From Octopus vulgaris (Eukaryota), in the NCBI GenBank assembly GCA_951406725.2, contig OX597819.1, positions 24,242,001 to 24,306,000 on the forward strand: a stretch of 64,000 bases of DNA, in the 5' to 3' direction. Below the pieces are notes generated by a model. That model saw nothing but the letters and a program-made list of their open reading frames with translations. It was not told where the DNA came from and did not search any database. Below, piece after piece: positions 40,070 to 53,350 of this stretch (the first letter of the stretch is position 1; each line of letters starts with the position of its first letter). A program made the position numbers and the translations under genes.

Positions 40070-42166
40070 ATTATATATATGTGTTATATATATATTATGT
40101 ATATATTATATATTATATATTATATATATATATATTATATACTTATGTATGTATGCATGTCTAAGTATGTAGGTGCGTATGTATGTGTATATCTTTCTAT
40201 CTATATACATATATACACATATATGTGTGTGTGAATGTATGTATGTATTTGTGTATAGGATAAAACGGAATCCAAGGAATCTTGTATCATCTAGAAATAT
40301 CGACAGAAAGAGAACGGTGAAACTACTGATGTTGGGGATAGACAATCAGCGCTTCGGACAGAATACTTATTCTAAATAAAGACAGGGAAATAATAGACAG
40401 CAGAGTTTTAAAATCCTCTACATCTGAGAAACTAGCAGCAACTGATGAAGAACGCAAGGCAACGTGAGCTTTATACGTAGACAGGGGAGTTGTAGGAGAG
40501 AGAAACTTGGTGAGAAAGGTAGACGGAAAGAAAACTGAAACGTGGAGAAATAGCGTGCGAACGCAAGGGTGCGGTAGAGAAGAAAGCTGAAGTGAGAGGG
40601 GATTTGACGGATACCAAATGGATTACTAAACTAAGAGGAGTAGTAGAAATTGAAGGAAAAGTTTTCATAGTAACGTTGACATAGTAACAAGTTCGATTAT
40701 GAAACGTGTTCCTCCCGTTTCCTTGAATATGCCTCTGTGTTTTCCTAAACGGTTTCAAACTAAATTTTTCATCAATCAATGAGGTCGCGTCGCTCTACGG
40801 AATATCTCCCGTACATTCTTCAAAACGGCTTCTGCGCGCCATCATTCGCTTCTTATGCGCCAAGCACAACCACCTGATACCATAGCCCACACACATTTCA
40901 TTCTCTCCGCACATTCATTATATCTTCAAATGCAACACACATCAACAGCAAACCTTATGACTTTTTGGTCACTCAAAAAAGCTGCAAACTTTTCTTACTC
41001 TTCCACCAGTGTCCAAATACTTACACATCACTCTAGGCATCTATAGTTTCACTATACTCAGAGATCTGTCGCTCAAAGATACCGCACGAACCCTCCTTTG
41101 CAGGTGCCTAAATGTTTTTCTCTTCAAAGAGAAGCAAAGGGAATTTGCTATATTGAGTATTTCCTCTGTCGAAATTATGTTAGGCCTTCTTCCATGACAG
41201 AAGTTCAGGTCCCCTGATGAAGAACGACTTTACCAATCTACGAGAGTAAGTCTGACCCCAAATCATTTGGTCAATTCATATAAAGACACATAGCACACAA
41301 ACACAACCCACCATACACAGACACACACACACACATATGTATGCATATATATATGTGTGTGTGTGTGTATATGTGTGTATACGAGTGTATGTGTGTGTAT
41401 CTAAATTAAACGTCCTTCGAGTGATGCCAAATGTTTAGCTTTTTCAGTATTTGCTTTAATCTATATCCATCCGCTCAAGGAGAAACCACTTCCAGTTGCC
41501 TTTGATAGGCAGTCTCAACACCATATTTTTCAGTTGTAATTCAAACCGGAGTTTGAGTAGTAAAACAAACTAAGCATTCGTAAAAAGAACCTATTATATT
41601 ACGTCAGTTGACAGAAACTCCTTGTATATCTCTCTCTCTCCACACACACACACACACACACACACACATTTAATTACGTGAAATGATTGACATGCTACAA
41701 ACTGATGCAAGAACCGAGTGTGTTGTTCATGGTATTTATCTAACTATATTACACGATAACCTCCTTACAGTTCTCCACGCCATTCGGTATAATAGGATCG
41801 TTCGTGTAGCAAATTTCAGATCTTCTTTATAAGTTAGAAATCATTAACTGCAGCAGAGTGAGGTATAGTGATAAATTGACAAACGATACTGTAAATAAGA
41901 TTATTCTAATATACAGAAATTCATAAGATAGGCAAGAAGCCATAAAGTGGACGATGGTTAATGTTCGCTGTAGGGTGCAAAGCTTTCTAATATCTTCTAG
42001 AGAAATAGATTAATTCTATTCAGCTATGGCTTGACGACTATTTCAGGAATCAATATTAATTATAACTTAATCATTAATGAATTAAATTAATATTTAATAA
42101 TACATTTTTGAACAAATAAAAAGAAAATGCTGTATGCTGACTAAAAGAACGTAACTAGATGAATGT

Positions 42167-42482
42167 GAGGGTGCGTGGCTTAGTGGTTAGGGCATTCGGC
42201 TCATGATCGTAAGGTTGTGAGTTCGATTCCCGGCGACGCGTTGTGTCCTTGAGCAAGACACTTTATTTCACGTTGCTCCAGTCCACTCAGCTGGCAAAAA
42301 TGAGTTGTACTTGTATTTCAAAGGGTCAGCCTTGTCACTCTCTGTGTCACGCTGATTATCCCCGAGAACTACGTTAAGGGTACACGTGTCTGTGGAATGC
42401 TCAGTCATTTGCACGTTAATTTCACGAGCAAGCTGTTCCGTTGATCGTATCAGCTGGGACCCTCGTCGTCGTAACCGGCGGA
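42167..42482 (+). mobile_element. SINE family B, full length, with 16-bp TSD
   Basis: GTAACTAGATGAATGT at 42151-42166 and 42483-42498. Confidence 0.92.
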
Positions 42483-45001
42483 GTAACTAGATGAATGTAA
42501 CACGATGCTTAACGTTTTGATTCGTAAAATAAAGTAAAATGAATTCAAACAGTCTTTCAAAGTCATAACACTGCCTCGGTGTACTCACCGTCTCTTTCAT
42601 TCTAGCTATAGCCACTGTTTAACAATGTCTCAGTCGGGATTGAAATTACTGCATCGGTGCCAAGTTCAGTTTACATAAATATGTGTTCCTTTACGTCATA
42701 TTGAGCAACATAGAACTAGTCTGTTGTCTGAGTAAAGTTGATTATATGTATGTACACACACAATATAGATAATTGTATATAATATATGTATAACATATGT
42801 ACGCGCGTGCACACATACACACACACAGAACTTTGATCAGTTTCGTGAAATAAATTATAACAGAATTATTGACACCAAGCTTAAGACGAAATCACAGAAA
42901 GCAATAGCAAAATACGATGCTGTCTGTCTTTTCATTCTTCCTCTCTTTATCCCTGGAATATCAACTATCGTATTCAATGACAAAGATAACAGTGAACAGT
43001 AGCTGACCGCTTCATATGTATATCTGTATTTTCAATGGATAACGCCTAAGAGAAGGAAAGAATAGGTGGCTGTTTACATCCATGTAATTTGGATATTTTA
43101 ATCTTCAGGCAAAGTGACTGAGAACTTGCGCTTAGTATAATATAGAAAAGAAGAATGAAACATTAATTCAGATACTCTATAATTGGATTCCTTATTCTAT
43201 AACCTAATCATAATTGCTATAAAATGCGTTTCTGTTTGGAATATAAATGTTTAGAACAGAGGTTTATATTTGAAAACATTTAAATACAGCAAAGAAGGGG
43301 ATATTAATTTGACTGCCATGTGACTGACTGATAGGTTGATAGGAAATGGATAGGAGGTCGATCGGTGTGAGTAAAAACCAATGTGAGATGCGTTCACCAA
43401 TAAAGAGAATGAAATTGCAGGTAGGGAGAAATAGAAATATTGGTGTCGAATTCTAAGTGAAAGCTGTTTTCTAAAGCAAGGCCAGCTCAGATTCATCCAA
43501 GAAAAATAATTCAATCAATAATTAAATTACGCTCATTCCTTCCTTAAAGTCATTGGCGATTCTTAAGTGAAATGATTGCAGCGGAAGAAAAGAATTTTAG
43601 CGGTTTACTAGGAGTTAGCATTGCTAACGTAATGTAGAGGAAATACTAAACACATCTAACAGTTAAAGCTTGTCAGGAAAAGTATAAACAGTCCTCCCTT
43701 TTACACTTGGGTTTTTTCATTGTATATTTTAATTAGATTGGTTGTTTTTATAAGTAAATCAACTTAGACCCTCCTCATTCCTTTACGATTTATTAATCAT
43801 TGACTACAAATCTACAATTGTAAATGAAATGGTTTTCAATGGTCTAAAACGTATTTCAGCTTATCAAAGTGCAATTACTTGTACATTGGCCTTCTTTTTC
43901 TTTTTGCTGAAATAATATCTAGGAATACCTAGGAACGAGTATATTTGTTGTCACATACACCTATTCATATACTTATTTGGCTTTTTGTAGGCCTTAATTT
44001 GATAATTATTCGGGTGCAGTAATCCACATGAATTTAAACAGACTGGCAGTTAAATCATTCATTTCACAATTTGCATGAAAAGAAATTCGAAACAAAATTA
44101 TCATTCACTCATAACATGTTGAAGGGATTGGTCTTAAATATATTTTCTCTTTTCGCACATTTTACATGAATAATGAAAACAGAAATAACATTTAAAGGTT
44201 ATGGAGGGGTAGTTTCTTTTTCTTTCGGTCTGTTGCTTTTTCTGAAATGCATAAGAGCACAATCGGAAGTCATATAGATTTATGTTTCTATTCAGCTGAA
44301 ATGTTCACTCTGCTCAGTAGTAACATGTAAGATTCCTATTTTGAGTTACACACTATTCGTACATAATTTCGTTGTACACTCCTCGCTGGGAAACTAATAC
44401 AAATATAATGTGAATCGGCCATTTTAACTACAGACTTCATTATTTCTAATTTCCTTTACTCTTGTTTCAGTCCCCCCTCCCAGTTTTCATTTAACACGTG
44501 TAGTGGTGTCTAGTACAGCCTGCCGTCACTCACGAGCGAGTGTGGCTTGATAATGTGCACCATGCTGTTTTAAAATTGTTTTAGAGACCTAAAGAAAGTG
44601 GCAATTTGGTAGAGTCTTTGGCACGCTGGGCTTAGTGACATTTCCTCCATCTTTGCGTTCTGAGTTCAAATTCCGGTGAGGTCGACTTTACCATAAACCT
44701 TGATTTTAGAGATCTGACCCTGAAAAACAACGAAGATATAATAGCTGGATGGAAGGAAGGTTGCACCAGACCGAGTAGACTGGGGCAATTTTAAATGAAA
44801 TGCCTTGCACCAGGACAAAACGCACCATCCTGTTCAGGAGCTCAAAACACCATGATCATTAATCAAACCGTCTAACACTATGTCAGTGTACCTCGTTCAA
44901 AATATATGCGACTTTAAAATCGAAGATGTTGTAAACAATTTTAAATAAAATTCAACTGTTGGCTATGATTACCCATCAAACACGTGTAAATATTTGCATG
45001 T

Positions 45002-47953
45002 TGTTTTATTATTACCCACAAGGGGCGAACATAGATGGGACAATACAATCTGATGTGGGGTCAGACACACGAATGGGTTTTTACAATAAATGAATTTAAA
45101 AATTAACATGAAATTACAAAATAGACACAAATCTAATGTTAGAACAGACCGGAAGACATTACGGGTGGAGTGGGTGCGGGTTTAGCTCGGACCCCACGAG
45201 CCCCGCCTCCCCACTGATACTTTTGGTTGCGCTTGGTATTACATTTATGTTGTATCATCCACTCGCAACTTTCGTGCTACATCTTTCCATCGTTTTTCAT
45301 ACACTCTCCTAGTCAGGCAAATTCTCTCCAGCCCTATCTTCCTTTTCAGGTGATAGATGAAATACTTCATCAAACCATGTCCGGAGATGAACTTGCCTGA
45401 CTGTAGACCTTTCATTCTCGTCTTCCATATCACCTCTTTCGCGATTGCTATTACAACGAGAAAACAAAACTTACCTTCATTCGCGAGGAAATCCGGTGGG
45501 TCAATTTTTGTAATCGACTCAGTCGACAGCTGTACTCTTCGTGTACCTGACAACAGCTGTTCGGCATAAACCCACACCTCAGACACGTCCGGACAATGAA
45601 CAATAGCGTGCGGGACGGTTTCCCTATCCCGCCCGCATCTTGGACATATCGGACTGTCATGGCCACCGTGCCTTGCGAGTTTATCCCGAACAGGTAGAGC
45701 TCCTCTGTAGCATTGCCATGCCAGAGACTTCTGGAAGTTGTCCAGTGTCTTCGGCTTGAACGTACGTTGGAACAGACTGGCCAGCTGATTATCGTCGAGA
45801 CCTAGGGCTTCTCCGAAGGTATCTTCACATTCCGCCTCTACCAACCCTCTGTAGAAGAATGTGGTGGAACCCCCACCGCAGGCGTTACCCGAGCGACGGA
45901 ATAGCAGGAGGGCCTTGCGACACTCCGTGTACCAAGTACCAAGTTTCGATCTTCGATTCAGCCAGGTTTCCCATCCACCGAAACTAGTGAACTTGGGAAA
46001 CATCAGTTTTGCTAGCGGAGACCACACCCGTTCACCATCCAGATAGAGCCACAGATGTCTTAACCTCAGCGCATGTCTGCGCATCATCAGCCAAGGCATC
46101 CCTAGCCCACCCTTTAACGGTTGTTGACAGCAAGTAGAGCGTTTCACAAGTGGTTTCCCGCCCTTCCACAAGAAGTAGAAGAGCTGTCTTTCAAACTTGA
46201 TCAACCACGAATCTGGGCAAGGAACGACGGAAAGGCGGTAGGTGATAACCGATGCGATAAACACATTGGCCACCTCCGCCCTCCCTTTCAGGGATAGCCA
46301 CCGCCAAGACCAGGTCTTGGCTACTGCAGCCACCTTGCTCGTTACCTCGCCCCAATTCTTCTCTATTTGGAGGTCTGGACCGAACCAGACCCCTAGCAAT
46401 TTAATCGGACCCTCCGTCCAACGTCCCACGACGCTGTCAGGAGGCATCGACTTGCCTCTCCAGGTGCCGAGTTGCAAGCCGACTGACTTTTCACGATTAA
46501 CTTTTGCTCCTGTCACCGTCTCGTAAACCTCTATGGCCTTGCCTACTTTACATAGGTGGTCCATTTCGGTTACGATGATGGTGATGTCATCCGCGTACGC
46601 TGACACTGATTTTCCATTACCTGGCTGTCTCGGGATGCCGCTCAGTTTTCGCAGTAATGGCTCAAGAGCCATCACGTACAAAAGCGGGGAGAGCGGACAC
46701 CCTTGACGAACCGAGCGTTTGATTTTGAACGGCTTCGACAAGAAGCCGTTCACCCGAACTACCGAGTCGATGTTATCATAAATTTGGATAATCCACCTGA
46801 GGAAGCCAAGGCTCAGCCCGAACTGTGCCAGAGCAGATACCAGGTAACGATGGTCGACCCTATCAAAAGCTTTAGATTGGTCTAAATGGACCAGTGCCCC
46901 ACCCTTGCCAGAATCACTATTAAACCCCTCTATAGTGTACTGCATTAGATGGAGATTATCCTGAATGGATCTGCCCGGAACGGCACATGTCTGTGCCCCT
47001 CCGATTAGACCATCCGCGACACGCGCCAATCTTTTCGATAACACTTTGGCCAAAATCTTCAACTCTGTGTTTAGCAGAGTGATGGGCCTGAAATTATCAA
47101 TGCACTCCCCCTTGCTCGGGTCCTTTCTGACGAGAGTCACTACTCCCCGGCGCACAGATCTGGGTATAAGCCCGTTCTGCTGCCAGTTCGCATAGACCTC
47201 CGCCAGTAGGTGCCCGAACAAGTCTGGCATACTCTTATATAACTCATAGGGTAGACCATCCAAACCCGGCGCCTTGCCCGTGCCGCAGTCCGCCATTGCC
47301 TCAACCACCTCCTCAGGCGAGATTGGCCCTTCACAGCCCTCCGCATCTCGCCCCGATAAGCGCGGCAGCCCGTCGAGTAGGTCCGTAAAGGCCCTCCTCC
47401 TATCCAGTCCGCCGCACTCACCGAAAAGCTGAGCGAAGTGCTCCTGAAAGGCCTCACACATCTCCTCGGGTTCGTTTATCAACTCACCTTGTTGGTTCGT
47501 CAAAGATCGAATCGTGGCATCGTTACCATGCTGTGCTTCCACCACTCGGGCCCATCTCACGGCGTTGATTCCTTCACATCCCATATGGCGGATTCTAGCC
47601 CTGACAATGCAGCCCATGTGTTTGGCCTCGAGGTGCTGGTTTAACACCAGTCTCTTGGACGCCACCTGAGCTGCAGTGCCAGTTTTCATGGCTTCTTCTA
47701 ATTCCTTAACTAGAGTAGTTTCCCTTCTAGCCTCTCTAGCCACTACTCCTATGCTATATCTAATATACTCAAACTTGATGGCTCGTTTGAGGGCGTACCA
47801 CCATTTGTTATTAATGATGGTACCAGATAGTGCCCTCTGAATTATATTCCTAATCCGGTCTTTGTACTCCTTAATCGCCAAAAGGGACGTATTAAGTTTC
47901 CAGTAACCGGATCCTCTATTTTTAACCTTATCTATGTCAAGCTTACAAGTGAC
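45002..47953 (-). mobile_element. 5'-truncated Tx1/L1-group LINE with 19-bp TSD
   Basis: CGTGTAAATATTTGCATGT at 44983-45001 and 47954-47972 brackets a GC-richer segment with an uninterrupted RT ORF and a ~240-bp 3' UTR. Confidence 0.93.
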
Positions 47954-47980
47954 CGTGTAAATATTTGCATGTGGTGGCAA
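45245..47980 (-). CDS. Tx1/L1-type ORF2 remnant: RT + C-terminal zinc knuckle, endonuclease missing
   Basis: RGSGYWKLNTSLL (end of APE region), KAPGLDGLP, NFRPITLLN, LDQSKAFDRVDH, SVRQGCPLSPLLY, AYADD (YADD 46586-46597), CPRCGRDRETVPHAIVHC. The first ~9 codons come from the TSD/flank. Confidence 0.9.
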   Translation of the reverse strand: MPPHANIYTVTCKLDIDKVKNRGSGYWKLNTSLLAIKEYKDRIRNIIQRALSGTIINNKWWYALKRAIKFEYIRYSIGVVAREARRETTLVKELEEAMKTGTAAQVASKRLVLNQHLEAKHMGCIVRARIRHMGCEGINAVRWARVVEAQHGNDATIRSLTNQQGELINEPEEMCEAFQEHFAQLFGECGGLDRRRAFTDLLDGLPRLSGRDAEGCEGPISPEEVVEAMADCGTGKAPGLDGLPYELYKSMPDLFGHLLAEVYANWQQNGLIPRSVRRGVVTLVRKDPSKGECIDNFRPITLLNTELKILAKVLSKRLARVADGLIGGAQTCAVPGRSIQDNLHLMQYTIEGFNSDSGKGGALVHLDQSKAFDRVDHRYLVSALAQFGLSLGFLRWIIQIYDNIDSVVRVNGFLSKPFKIKRSVRQGCPLSPLLYVMALEPLLRKLSGIPRQPGNGKSVSAYADDITIIVTEMDHLCKVGKAIEVYETVTGAKVNREKSVGLQLGTWRGKSMPPDSVVGRWTEGPIKLLGVWFGPDLQIEKNWGEVTSKVAAVAKTWSWRWLSLKGRAEVANVFIASVITYRLSVVPCPDSWLIKFERQLFYFLWKGGKPLVKRSTCCQQPLKGGLGMPWLMMRRHALRLRHLWLYLDGERVWSPLAKLMFPKFTSFGGWETWLNRRSKLGTWYTECRKALLLFRRSGNACGGGSTTFFYRGLVEAECEDTFGEALGLDDNQLASLFQRTFKPKTLDNFQKSLAWQCYRGALPVRDKLARHGGHDSPICPRCGRDRETVPHAIVHCPDVSEVWVYAEQLLSGTRRVQLSTESITKIDPPDFLANEGKFCFLVVIAIAKEVIWKTRMKGLQSGKFISGHGLMKYFIYHLKRKIGLERICLTRRVYEKRWKDVARKLRVDDTT

Positions 47981-48334
47981 ATACTAATACAGTGAGTTGG
48001 CTTAACCAGAAATTCTCTAAAATGTATGATGGATTCTCCCGTTGAAGACGACGTATAAGTGTTCAGCCTTTTTGCCGAACGACCTGCACAGATGACTTGT
48101 TTATAGTGATCAACTGTTCGAGCAGCACATTATCTCGCTTCCTCCATCAAATTGACATTACCTGAACAGGTGCACGATGTGCCTCGCATCAGGTGTCGAA
48201 GTGATCGCAAAGCAACATAAAATGAAGTGTTTTACTGAAGAACACAACGCACCAGCCGGTCTAGGAACTGAAACCATGATCTCGCGATCGTAAGTGCAAT
48301 ACCATAACCACTAGGCTATGCGTCCTATATATTG

Positions 48335-48748
48335 TATATTCTTTTCTACTCTAGGCACAAGGTCGGAAATGTTTGGGGAGTGGAGATAGTCGATTAGATC
48401 GACCCCAGTACGCAACTGGTACTTAATTTATCGACGCAGAAAGAATGAAAGGCAAAGTCGACCTCGGCGGAATTTGCACCCAGAACGTAAAGACAAGCCG
48501 CTAAATATTTCGCCCGGCGTGCTAACGTTTCTTATATTTTTATTGCCCACAAGGGGCTAAACATAGAGGGGACAAACAAGGACAAACAAAGGGATTAAGT
48601 CGATTACATCGACCCCAGTACGCAACTGGTACTTAATTTATCGACCGCGAAAGGATGACAGGCAAAGTCGACCACGGCGGAATTTGCACTCAGAACGTAA
48701 ACACATTCCGTCCGGCGTGCTAACGTTTCTGAGAGCTCACCACCTTCT
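48335..48748 (-). mobile_element. SINE family C head-to-tail dimer
   Basis: Two units; the first ends in the gccccttgtggg tail and the second in the ccttgtgcctagagtagaaaagaata tail. Confidence 0.85.
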
Positions 48749-49509
48749 ATATACTATATATTATAATAAGAAAACATCATAACAATGCTAGCTTGAGAAC
48801 CACCAAGAAACTAGGTACAATTCTACTGGAATAGCTTACCACAGTGATCAGGCATGTGGGGTGCCGAGTGGCTATTTTATTTGTGTGAATTTCCTGTTGT
48901 CGAAGGTATGCTATATTTAAGGAACAGGGGTGGGGCTGCCGAAACCAACACTACACCACTGGCTCAAGTATAAAAGCATTGCCTTTGAATTTTACAGGAC
49001 CGCTAAGACTGGTCGCACAGAAGGAAGAAGAAACCCTTAGAGTGTAAACATAGTTCGATTTTTGGCAACAGAACGGTCTTCGTTGAGGAACCAGTGGATA
49101 GTGGTAAGCCAGGCAACAGAATTTGACTACAGTTCTACAGTAGTTGACTTACAATGGCAAGTTAAATACTTATAAACGCCGTTGTACTGTAACGTTGGTA
49201 TTTATTTTCAGCGAGGTCAGTTGGCACAACGTAGGATACTTTATAATATGCGGCCTTGAAGAAAAAGTTTTAGTCGATTATGTCAGCATAGTCTGGTACT
49301 TATATTAGGCACTTATTGAATGGATATGTCAATTTTTAGAGTTGATTATTTTCACACCGACTTAAATACCGGATTGTTTTGCATTGGTTTTCACATACAA
49401 ATGCACAAACACATACTCACACATACATTTTCACTCATCCACACATATTTATGCATACACGCATATACATGCATATACATATGCATATATATATGTATCA
49501 TATACACAG

Positions 49510-49559
<50 letters not shown>

Positions 49560-49729
49560 TGTGTGTGTGTTTATATATATGCAATATATGTGCATATATA
49601 TACATATAAATGTATAGATATATGCTTATATATATATATATATATATATATACATACACACACACACAAACATACATATTTATACATACACATACATATA
49701 TATGCATGTGCATGTCTATGCGACTGTAC

Positions 49730-50010
49730 ATATCGATTAGACTGTTGGATGTTGTTATATACCGCTAGTCACAATGCGCTTCCTCGCGTTGTTGTAGCCT
49801 TCGAATGATGCCACTCCGCTGGCTTTGCAAGCAGGCAGACCAACCATCTCCCTGTAGGGAATTCCAGCCCGTCGCACGTTTACTCATTTACAGCTGAGTG
49901 GACTGGAACAATGTGAAATAAGGAATATGGCCGAAGAGCACAACGCGCCGCCGGTCTGGGAATCGAAACCACAATCTTGCGACCGTGAGTGTGCAAACCC
50001 TTAATCATAA
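49730..50010 (-). mobile_element. Chimeric SINE (tRNA head + family B-like centre + family D tail)
   Basis: Minus strand: ggtttcgattcccagaccgg...cagtccactcagctgtaaatgag...gccagcggagtggcatcattcgaaggcta...gcgcattgtgac. Confidence 0.6.
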
Positions 50011-50053
50011 CCTTGAGTTATACACACTCCCACACACAAACACATACCCACAG

Positions 50054-50084
<31 letters not shown>

Positions 50085-50099
50085 TATGTATATCTCCTA

Positions 50100-50500
50100 T
50101 CATTTCAGTCAGCCATTAGACTGCGGCCATGCTGGGGCACCATCTTAAGAAATTTTAGTCAACTGAATCGATCCCGGTACTTGTTTTCGTTTTAAGCCTG
50201 CTATTTATTCTTTTGGTCTTTTGCCGCACTACTATGTGACGGGGTCGTAAAAGCATACCAACACCGGTTATCAAGAAGTGGTGGTGGTGGAGGGGGCAAA
50301 CACACACACACACACGCGCACGCACACAAACATAGACACATGCAGGCGTCGCTGCTAGGTAAGAAGCTTACTTCCCAGGCTCACAGTTCCTAGTTCAGTC
50401 CCACTGCGTAGCACCTTGGGTAAATCCTATTATATCTCTAGGCTGACCAAAGCCGTGTGAGTGGATTTGGTGGATGGAAATTGAAAAAAGACCATCAAAG

Positions 50501-50532
<32 letters not shown>

Positions 50533-50977
50533 TATGTATGTATATATATATATATATGTGCGCGTGTTTGTGTCTGTGTTTGTCTCCGCATCACTTCTTG
50601 ACAACTGGTGTTGGTGTGTTTACGTCCCCGTAATTTAGCGGTTTGGCGAAAGAGACCGGTAGAATAAAAACTAAGCTTTAAAAGTCGACTTTTTCGACTA
50701 AAAAAAGAAACCCTTTAAGGCGGTGCTCCAGTATGGGCTCAGCCAAATGAAGAAACAAGTAAAAGAATAAAAGAATATATATATTCTTTTTTTTTAACAG
50801 TATATATATATATATATATATATATATACGACAAGAGTCTTTCAGTTTCCGTCTACCAAATCCACTCACAAGGCTTTGGTCGGTCCGAGACTATAGTAGA
50901 AGACACTTGCTCAGGGTGCCACGCAGTGGGACTGAACCCGGAACCACGTGGCTGGGAGGCAAACTCTTTACCACACA
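50100..50977. mobile_element. Cluster of SINE family A copies in alternating orientation (minus 50100-50280, plus 50344-50775, minus 50826-50977)
   Basis: Family A head and tail motifs on both strands; further partial copies near 51306-51395, 51894-52160, 58580-58800 and 59020-59215. Confidence 0.75.
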
Positions 50978-52231
50978 CCCGAGGCTACTGAAGAAGATAT
51001 TTGGTTAAAGTGCCGTGCTGTGGGAGCGAATTCAAAACCGCGTGATTGTGCCACGAAAGCCTTAAATATGTCTAGCATTTTTGTGCCAGATTAGCCAACT
51101 GTGCTAACGCAAAACATGACTGTATCTAAATGAAAACAATGGTCTTTGACATTACCAGAAAAAAATATTCCGACAAAACTTTTTGAATAAGTATATTAGC
51201 AGTGGTCACTTTCATCTAAATGCTACAGAATGAGCTTATGTGAAGTCACACGAATAACAAGAAATAGCAGACATCCTTCGAGTTTCATGACGGCCTGGTT
51301 ATAATAGCCCGAGGCTATAATAGAAGACACTTGCCCAAGGTGCCACGCAGAGGGACTGAACCCGGAACCATGTCGTTGGTAAGCACTCATGCGCCTATGA
51401 TGTATATGTAGTATACATATGCATGTGTGCATATACGTACATAAACACTTACATATATACATACACTAATACCCCCTCACACACACGCGCTGCGCATTGT
51501 TAGTTTATTGTATTTTCTTACATTCTAGCGAAAGCATTAAAATGAAATTGTCTGCGACAATGTTATAGCTGCGACTGTAAAAGACAGCAATTGGAAGCAG
51601 CACATCTGTAGTCAATAAAGCACTTGTTTCCCTCGATTTCTTTCGTTATACATTGCTGTTTGAGATGTTTGGGATACAATTTTCTTATTTTTTCTTTCTT
51701 ATATTGTTTATATTGTTTTCCTCTTGTTGCTGTCTTTATTATTATTGTTATTATTATTATTATTGTTATTATTATTATTATTATTTCATTTTTAAATTTT
51801 GCCTCATGAAGTGTTTTTGGTACATTGTAACATATCAGACGTTGGCAAACAAAATAGCGCAGGACATTAGCATTCCGTTGACGAAAATATGCAGGCGCAT
51901 GCATGGTTGTGTGGGTAAGAAGCTTGCTCCCTAAACATGTGGGCTTCGGTTCAATTCCACATTGGGATACCTTAGGCGAGTGTTTTCTACTATAGTCCCT
52001 GGGTGATCAAAGCCTTGTGTGAAGATATGGTAGATGGAAAGTGAAAGAAACCCATGTGTGTATATGTGTTTGTATGTATGTGTATGTATGTGCGTGTGTG
52101 TGTGTGTGAGCGTGTGTGTTGTGTTTGTTTCCCACCTTTTTTTTGACAACCGGCGCTGGCTGATTAACTCGATAGAAAAAGTCCCAGATTTAACCCTTTA
52201 GCATTTAAACAGTCCATATCTAGCTCAATGA

Positions 52232-52912
52232 AGACGCGTGACTTAGTGGTTAGGGCATTCGGCTCACGATCCTAAAGTCGTGAGTTCAATTCCCGGCGGC
52301 GCGTTACGTCCTTGGGCAAGACACTTTATTTCACGTTGCTCCAGTCCACTCAGCTGGTAAAATTGAGTTGTACCTGTATTTGAAAGGGCCAGCCTTGTCA
52401 CATTCTGTGTTACGCTGAATTTCCCTGAGAACTACATTAAGGGTACACGTGTCTGTGGAGTGCTCAGCCACTTGCACGTTAATTTCACGAGCAAGCTATT
52501 CCGTTGATCGTATCAGCTGGGACCCATGTCGTCGTAACGGACGGAGTGTTCCTTAGCAGAGGCGCAATGGCCTAGAGGTCAGGGCAGAAAACTCGCGGTC
52601 GTAGGATCGTGGTTTCGATTCCCAGACCGGGCATTGTGAATGTTTATTGAGCGAAAACACCTAAAGCTCACGATGCTGCGGCAGTGGGGGTGACCAACCC
52701 TGCTGTACTCACCACAACTTTCTCTCACCCTTTCTTCCTGTTTCTGTTGTACCTGTATTTCAAAGGGCCAGCCTTGTCACACTCCCTGAGAACTACATTA
52801 AGGGTACATGTGTCTGTGGGGTGCTCAGCCACTTGTACGTTAATTTCACGAGCAGGCTGTTCCGTTGATCGGATCAACTGGAACCCTCGTCGTCGTAACC
52901 AACAGAGTGCCA
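52232..52912 (+). mobile_element. SINE family B copy followed by a family D-head / family B-tail chimera
   Basis: 52232-52548 is family B; 52560-52740 matches 37022-37190; 52745-52912 matches the family B 3' half. Confidence 0.8.
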
Positions 52913-53317
52913 CGAACGTTTCCATATTTGGTCTCACGCCAACTCTAACACTGTTATTCTAAAAATAAACGACGACATCATAGAAGTCTCGATTCTATGA
53001 AAGAATGCACGAGGGATCTTTTCGGTTTGAACGACAGTTTTTAACATAATTTCTAGATAACTAAAAAATTTTAAACTTCGTATACTGGTAGAATGTGTTT
53101 ATAAAACATCTTTTTTTCTTGGCTTTATTGAGAAAATTCTATAGTTTGTAAGATATAAGATATTTCTTGTTGTTTTTTCTTCAATTTCTGCAATTTCAAC
53201 CAATCAGTGACGTCCATTGAGGTAAAAAGCATTCTCTGCCGTATGAATATGTCCCTCGTTTAAGAAACAGATTGGGTTTATTTACATTTGTGAAGAAAAA
53301 AGATACCCTTCCCACAC

Positions 53318-53350
53318 CCCTAACCCTAACTAACCCTAACCCTAACCCTA
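53318..53350. repeat. Short interstitial (CCCTAA)n telomere-like tract
   Basis: ccctaaccctaactaaccctaaccctaacccta. Confidence 0.8.

Noticed and set aside
40380-41270. Possible decayed PLE 5' region with CTGATGAAGAACG motifs at ~40443 and ~41214
   Set aside because: No matching GAAA half and only vague peptide similarity; cannot be supported without a search.
42167-42240. tRNA genes (also 37022-37090 and 62790-62860 minus)
   Set aside because: A/B boxes are present but I see no complete cloverleaf; the first two continue into SINE bodies, so they are tRNA-derived heads.
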